The position numbers and the translations under genes are program-made. The notes beneath the pieces were generated by a model. It saw only the letters and a list, made by a program, of their open reading frames with translations, was not told where the DNA came from and did not search any database. 64,000 nucleotides of DNA from Sagittula sp. (GTDB lineage: Bacteria; Pseudomonadota; Alphaproteobacteria; Rhodobacterales; Rhodobacteraceae), in assembly GCA_042088665.1 (NCBI GenBank), contig JBELMB010000004.1:5054-69053 (forward strand), in the 5' to 3' direction. Positions within the stretch are counted from its first letter, which is position 1. The number at the start of each line of letters is the position of its first letter. Below, piece after piece: positions 61,955 to 64,000 of the stretch.

Positions 61955-63586
61955 ATGGTTGCTCCGTCAGAGCTGCCACTGAACACCAATGCCTCCGCCA
62001 TGGACATGGCGGAAACCATCTTTGGCGAAGGTGTCTCGGTGCAGTCGGCCAGTTATACCGGCGACTCTCGGTCCTCCGGGATCTATTCGGATGGCTTGAA
62101 CACATCGTCAGGGTTCGTTCCCTCGGACTCGGGCGTGATCCTGTCCACGGGACGCGCGGCGGACATAACCAACGAAGCGAGCCCGTTCTGGTGGTACAAT
62201 TCGAACAATTCCAACGAGTCCAACAGCACCTCGACCAACACCAGCGGACCGAACAACCAGGCTGACTTCAACTCGGCGGCGGGCGCACGCACCTATGACG
62301 CGGCCTATCTGGATGCGGATTTCATTCCGACCGGCGACCAGATGACGATGCAATTCGTGTTCTCGTCGGAGGAATACCCGGAGTATCAGAACAGCATCTA
62401 TCAGGACTTTGTCGGCGTCTGGATCAACGGCGTTCAGGTGGAGGTCGAGGTGGGCGACGGTGATGTCGATCCGCGCAACCTGAACTCGGAGTCGAACGAG
62501 AACCTCTTTGTCGACAACTCACAGGATGCTTACAACACCGAGATGGACGGCTTTACCGTCACCATGACGCTGACCATTCCGGTGAATGCCGGGCAGTTGA
62601 ACTCCATCCGGATCGGCGTGGCGGATGTGCTGGACAGCCAGTACGATTCCAACCTGCTGATCGCTGCGGATTCGGTGCAGACAGAGCTTGTCGCCAACAC
62701 GGATACGGTCAACGTGAGCCCCCTTGGCAGCAGCACGCTGGATGCGCTGGCCAATGACGTCAACGTCACAGGTGGGTCGCTGACCATCACCCACATCAAC
62801 GGCCAGGAAGTCAGCGCCGGGGACACGATCGAACTCGCCACCGGTCAGGAAATCACGCTGAACGCCGATGGCACCATGCAGATCCTCGGGGATGGCGAAG
62901 AAGAGACGATCCACTACACCTATACCGTCGAAAGCACGACCGGCGAAACGGATGTCGGTTTTGTCACGGTCAACTCGGTGCCCTGTTTCGTTGCGGGCAC
63001 GCTGGTGGATACGGCCAAGGGGCCGCGGCCGGTGCATCTGCTGGAGCCGGGCGACCGCGTCTGGACACGCGATCACGGGTTGCAGCCGCTGCGCTGGATC
63101 GGGCGGCGGATGGTGGCGGCCAAGGGCGATTTTGCCCCGGTGCGCATCTCGGGCGGCGCATTGGGCGATCACGACACGGTCATGGTCTCGCCGCAGCACC
63201 GGGTGCTGGTGCAGGATGTGCTGGCCCACCTGATGTTCGATGCCCCCGAAGTGCTGGCCGCGGCCAAGCATCTGGTCAACGGGCGGTCGATCCGCATCGT
63301 GGAAGGGGGGCAGGTGGAATACGTGCACTTGCTCTTTGACCGGCACGAGATCATCCGCGCAAACGGGCTTTTGTCCGAAAGTTTCCTGCCCGGGCCGCAG
63401 GCAGGCGATATCTTTGAAGAAGAGACACTGGCCGAGATCTGCGCCCTGTTTCCCGAACTCGATTGCCGGACGGGGCAAGGTTATGGCCCGCCCGCACGGC
63501 GCATCCTGAAAGGCTATGAAGCGGCGGCCTTGACGCGGCGCAGTGCCGGGACGGTGGCAGGTCGGACGCCGGGGTCCGCTGCATGA
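61955..63586 (+). CDS. large extracellular-type protein: choice-of-anchor-L-like N-domain, cadherin/VCBS-like repeat, C-terminal Hint domain
   Basis: No signal peptide. N-domain motifs FVFSSEEYPEY...DFVGVWINGV...IGVADVLDSQYDSNLLI. Middle domain ALANDVNVTGGSLTIT. Hint-type CFVAGTLVDT...HEIIRANGLLSESF. Confidence 0.8.
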   Translation: MVAPSELPLNTNASAMDMAETIFGEGVSVQSASYTGDSRSSGIYSDGLNTSSGFVPSDSGVILSTGRAADITNEASPFWWYNSNNSNESNSTSTNTSGPNNQADFNSAAGARTYDAAYLDADFIPTGDQMTMQFVFSSEEYPEYQNSIYQDFVGVWINGVQVEVEVGDGDVDPRNLNSESNENLFVDNSQDAYNTEMDGFTVTMTLTIPVNAGQLNSIRIGVADVLDSQYDSNLLIAADSVQTELVANTDTVNVSPLGSSTLDALANDVNVTGGSLTITHINGQEVSAGDTIELATGQEITLNADGTMQILGDGEEETIHYTYTVESTTGETDVGFVTVNSVPCFVAGTLVDTAKGPRPVHLLEPGDRVWTRDHGLQPLRWIGRRMVAAKGDFAPVRISGGALGDHDTVMVSPQHRVLVQDVLAHLMFDAPEVLAAAKHLVNGRSIRIVEGGQVEYVHLLFDRHEIIRANGLLSESFLPGPQAGDIFEEETLAEICALFPELDCRTGQGYGPPARRILKGYEAAALTRRSAGTVAGRTPGSAA

Positions 63587-64000
63587 GCTGGATTGCCATG
63601 TCCGGGCAGGGGCGATCCTGGATCTGCCCCGACCGTTTCGGATCGGGTTTGGGTCAACGCGACATGCTGATGTCCACCGGCTCGATCCTGATCGAAACGC
63701 GGCTGTCGCCTGACGACCGTCCGCAGACATTGATGTCATACGAACGGCAGTACCCGTGGCGTGGCGCTGTTTCACTGCGGGCCTTGCCGGGCGGCGCGGT
63801 CGTTCTGGTCATGAGCCAGGGCGAAGACGTGTTCCATACTGTGCTGTCGCATCGGCACGACGCCCGTGCCGACGTGGTGCGCGTGACCTTCAGCTGGGAC
63901 AGCGAAGCCCGCTGGGGCCGGATCACGGTGGAACGACCGGATTCAGACAGCCTTGTGGCGCAGGATACACCCGCGCCGCCGCCGATGCTGCTGGAAGACA
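63583..64000 (+). CDS. hypothetical protein, 5-prime partial, translationally coupled to the Hint-domain gene
   Basis: ATG 63583 overlaps the Hint-gene TGA (ATGA). My manual translation is stop-free for 139 codons to the window end (MSWIAMSGQGRSWICPDRF...). It is not in the ORF track because no stop is reached. Confidence 0.5.
   Translation, partial: MSWIAMSGQGRSWICPDRFGSGLGQRDMLMSTGSILIETRLSPDDRPQTLMSYERQYPWRGAVSLRALPGGAVVLVMSQGEDVFHTVLSHRHDARADVVRVTFSWDSEARWGRITVERPDSDSLVAQDTPAPPPMLLED

Overview
High-GC window that looks alphaproteobacterial (Rhodobacterales-like gene content and synteny). It holds two separated type VI secretion (T6SS) loci embedded in housekeeping genes.

(1) Positions 93-15014, minus strand: one T6SS structural operon in the order hypothetical, tagH(FHA), tssA, tssB, tssC, hcp, tssE, tssF, tssG, clpV. 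Several gene junctions are ATGA/GTGA overlaps. A canonical terminator follows hcp. Four 35-bp tandem repeats plus an 18-bp palindrome lie between tssG and clpV. TssG carries an N-terminal Pro-rich extension of about 490 aa with six NPF motifs. No tssJ/K/L/M or ppkA/pppA genes are visible in the window.

(2) Positions 27795-33346: a vgrG, DUF4123 adaptor, PAAR operon that ends at a clear terminator and encodes no cargo effector. Divergent from it is an uncharacterised four-gene operon: a 256-aa unknown protein, a DUF4329 protein, and two tandem paralogous ~104-aa proteins. I consider this operon the best candidate for an undescribed effector/immunity system.

The two loci are separated by icd, a Wza-like exporter, a PPP-type phosphatase, an amino-acid ABC transporter and an Lrp regulator.

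The right half is mostly housekeeping: aspS, carB, gpmI, envC-like, ctpA, rppH, rnr, dapE and mce, plus a lytic transglycosylase, a DUF1800/DUF1501 pair and an orphan response regulator.

The window ends with a leaderless choice-of-anchor-L/cadherin-like/Hint-domain protein that is translationally coupled to an unknown ORF running off the edge.

I could not support any rRNA, tRNA, CRISPR array, transposase or integrase. All family assignments come from reading the translated ORFs and recalling family signatures. No database search was run.
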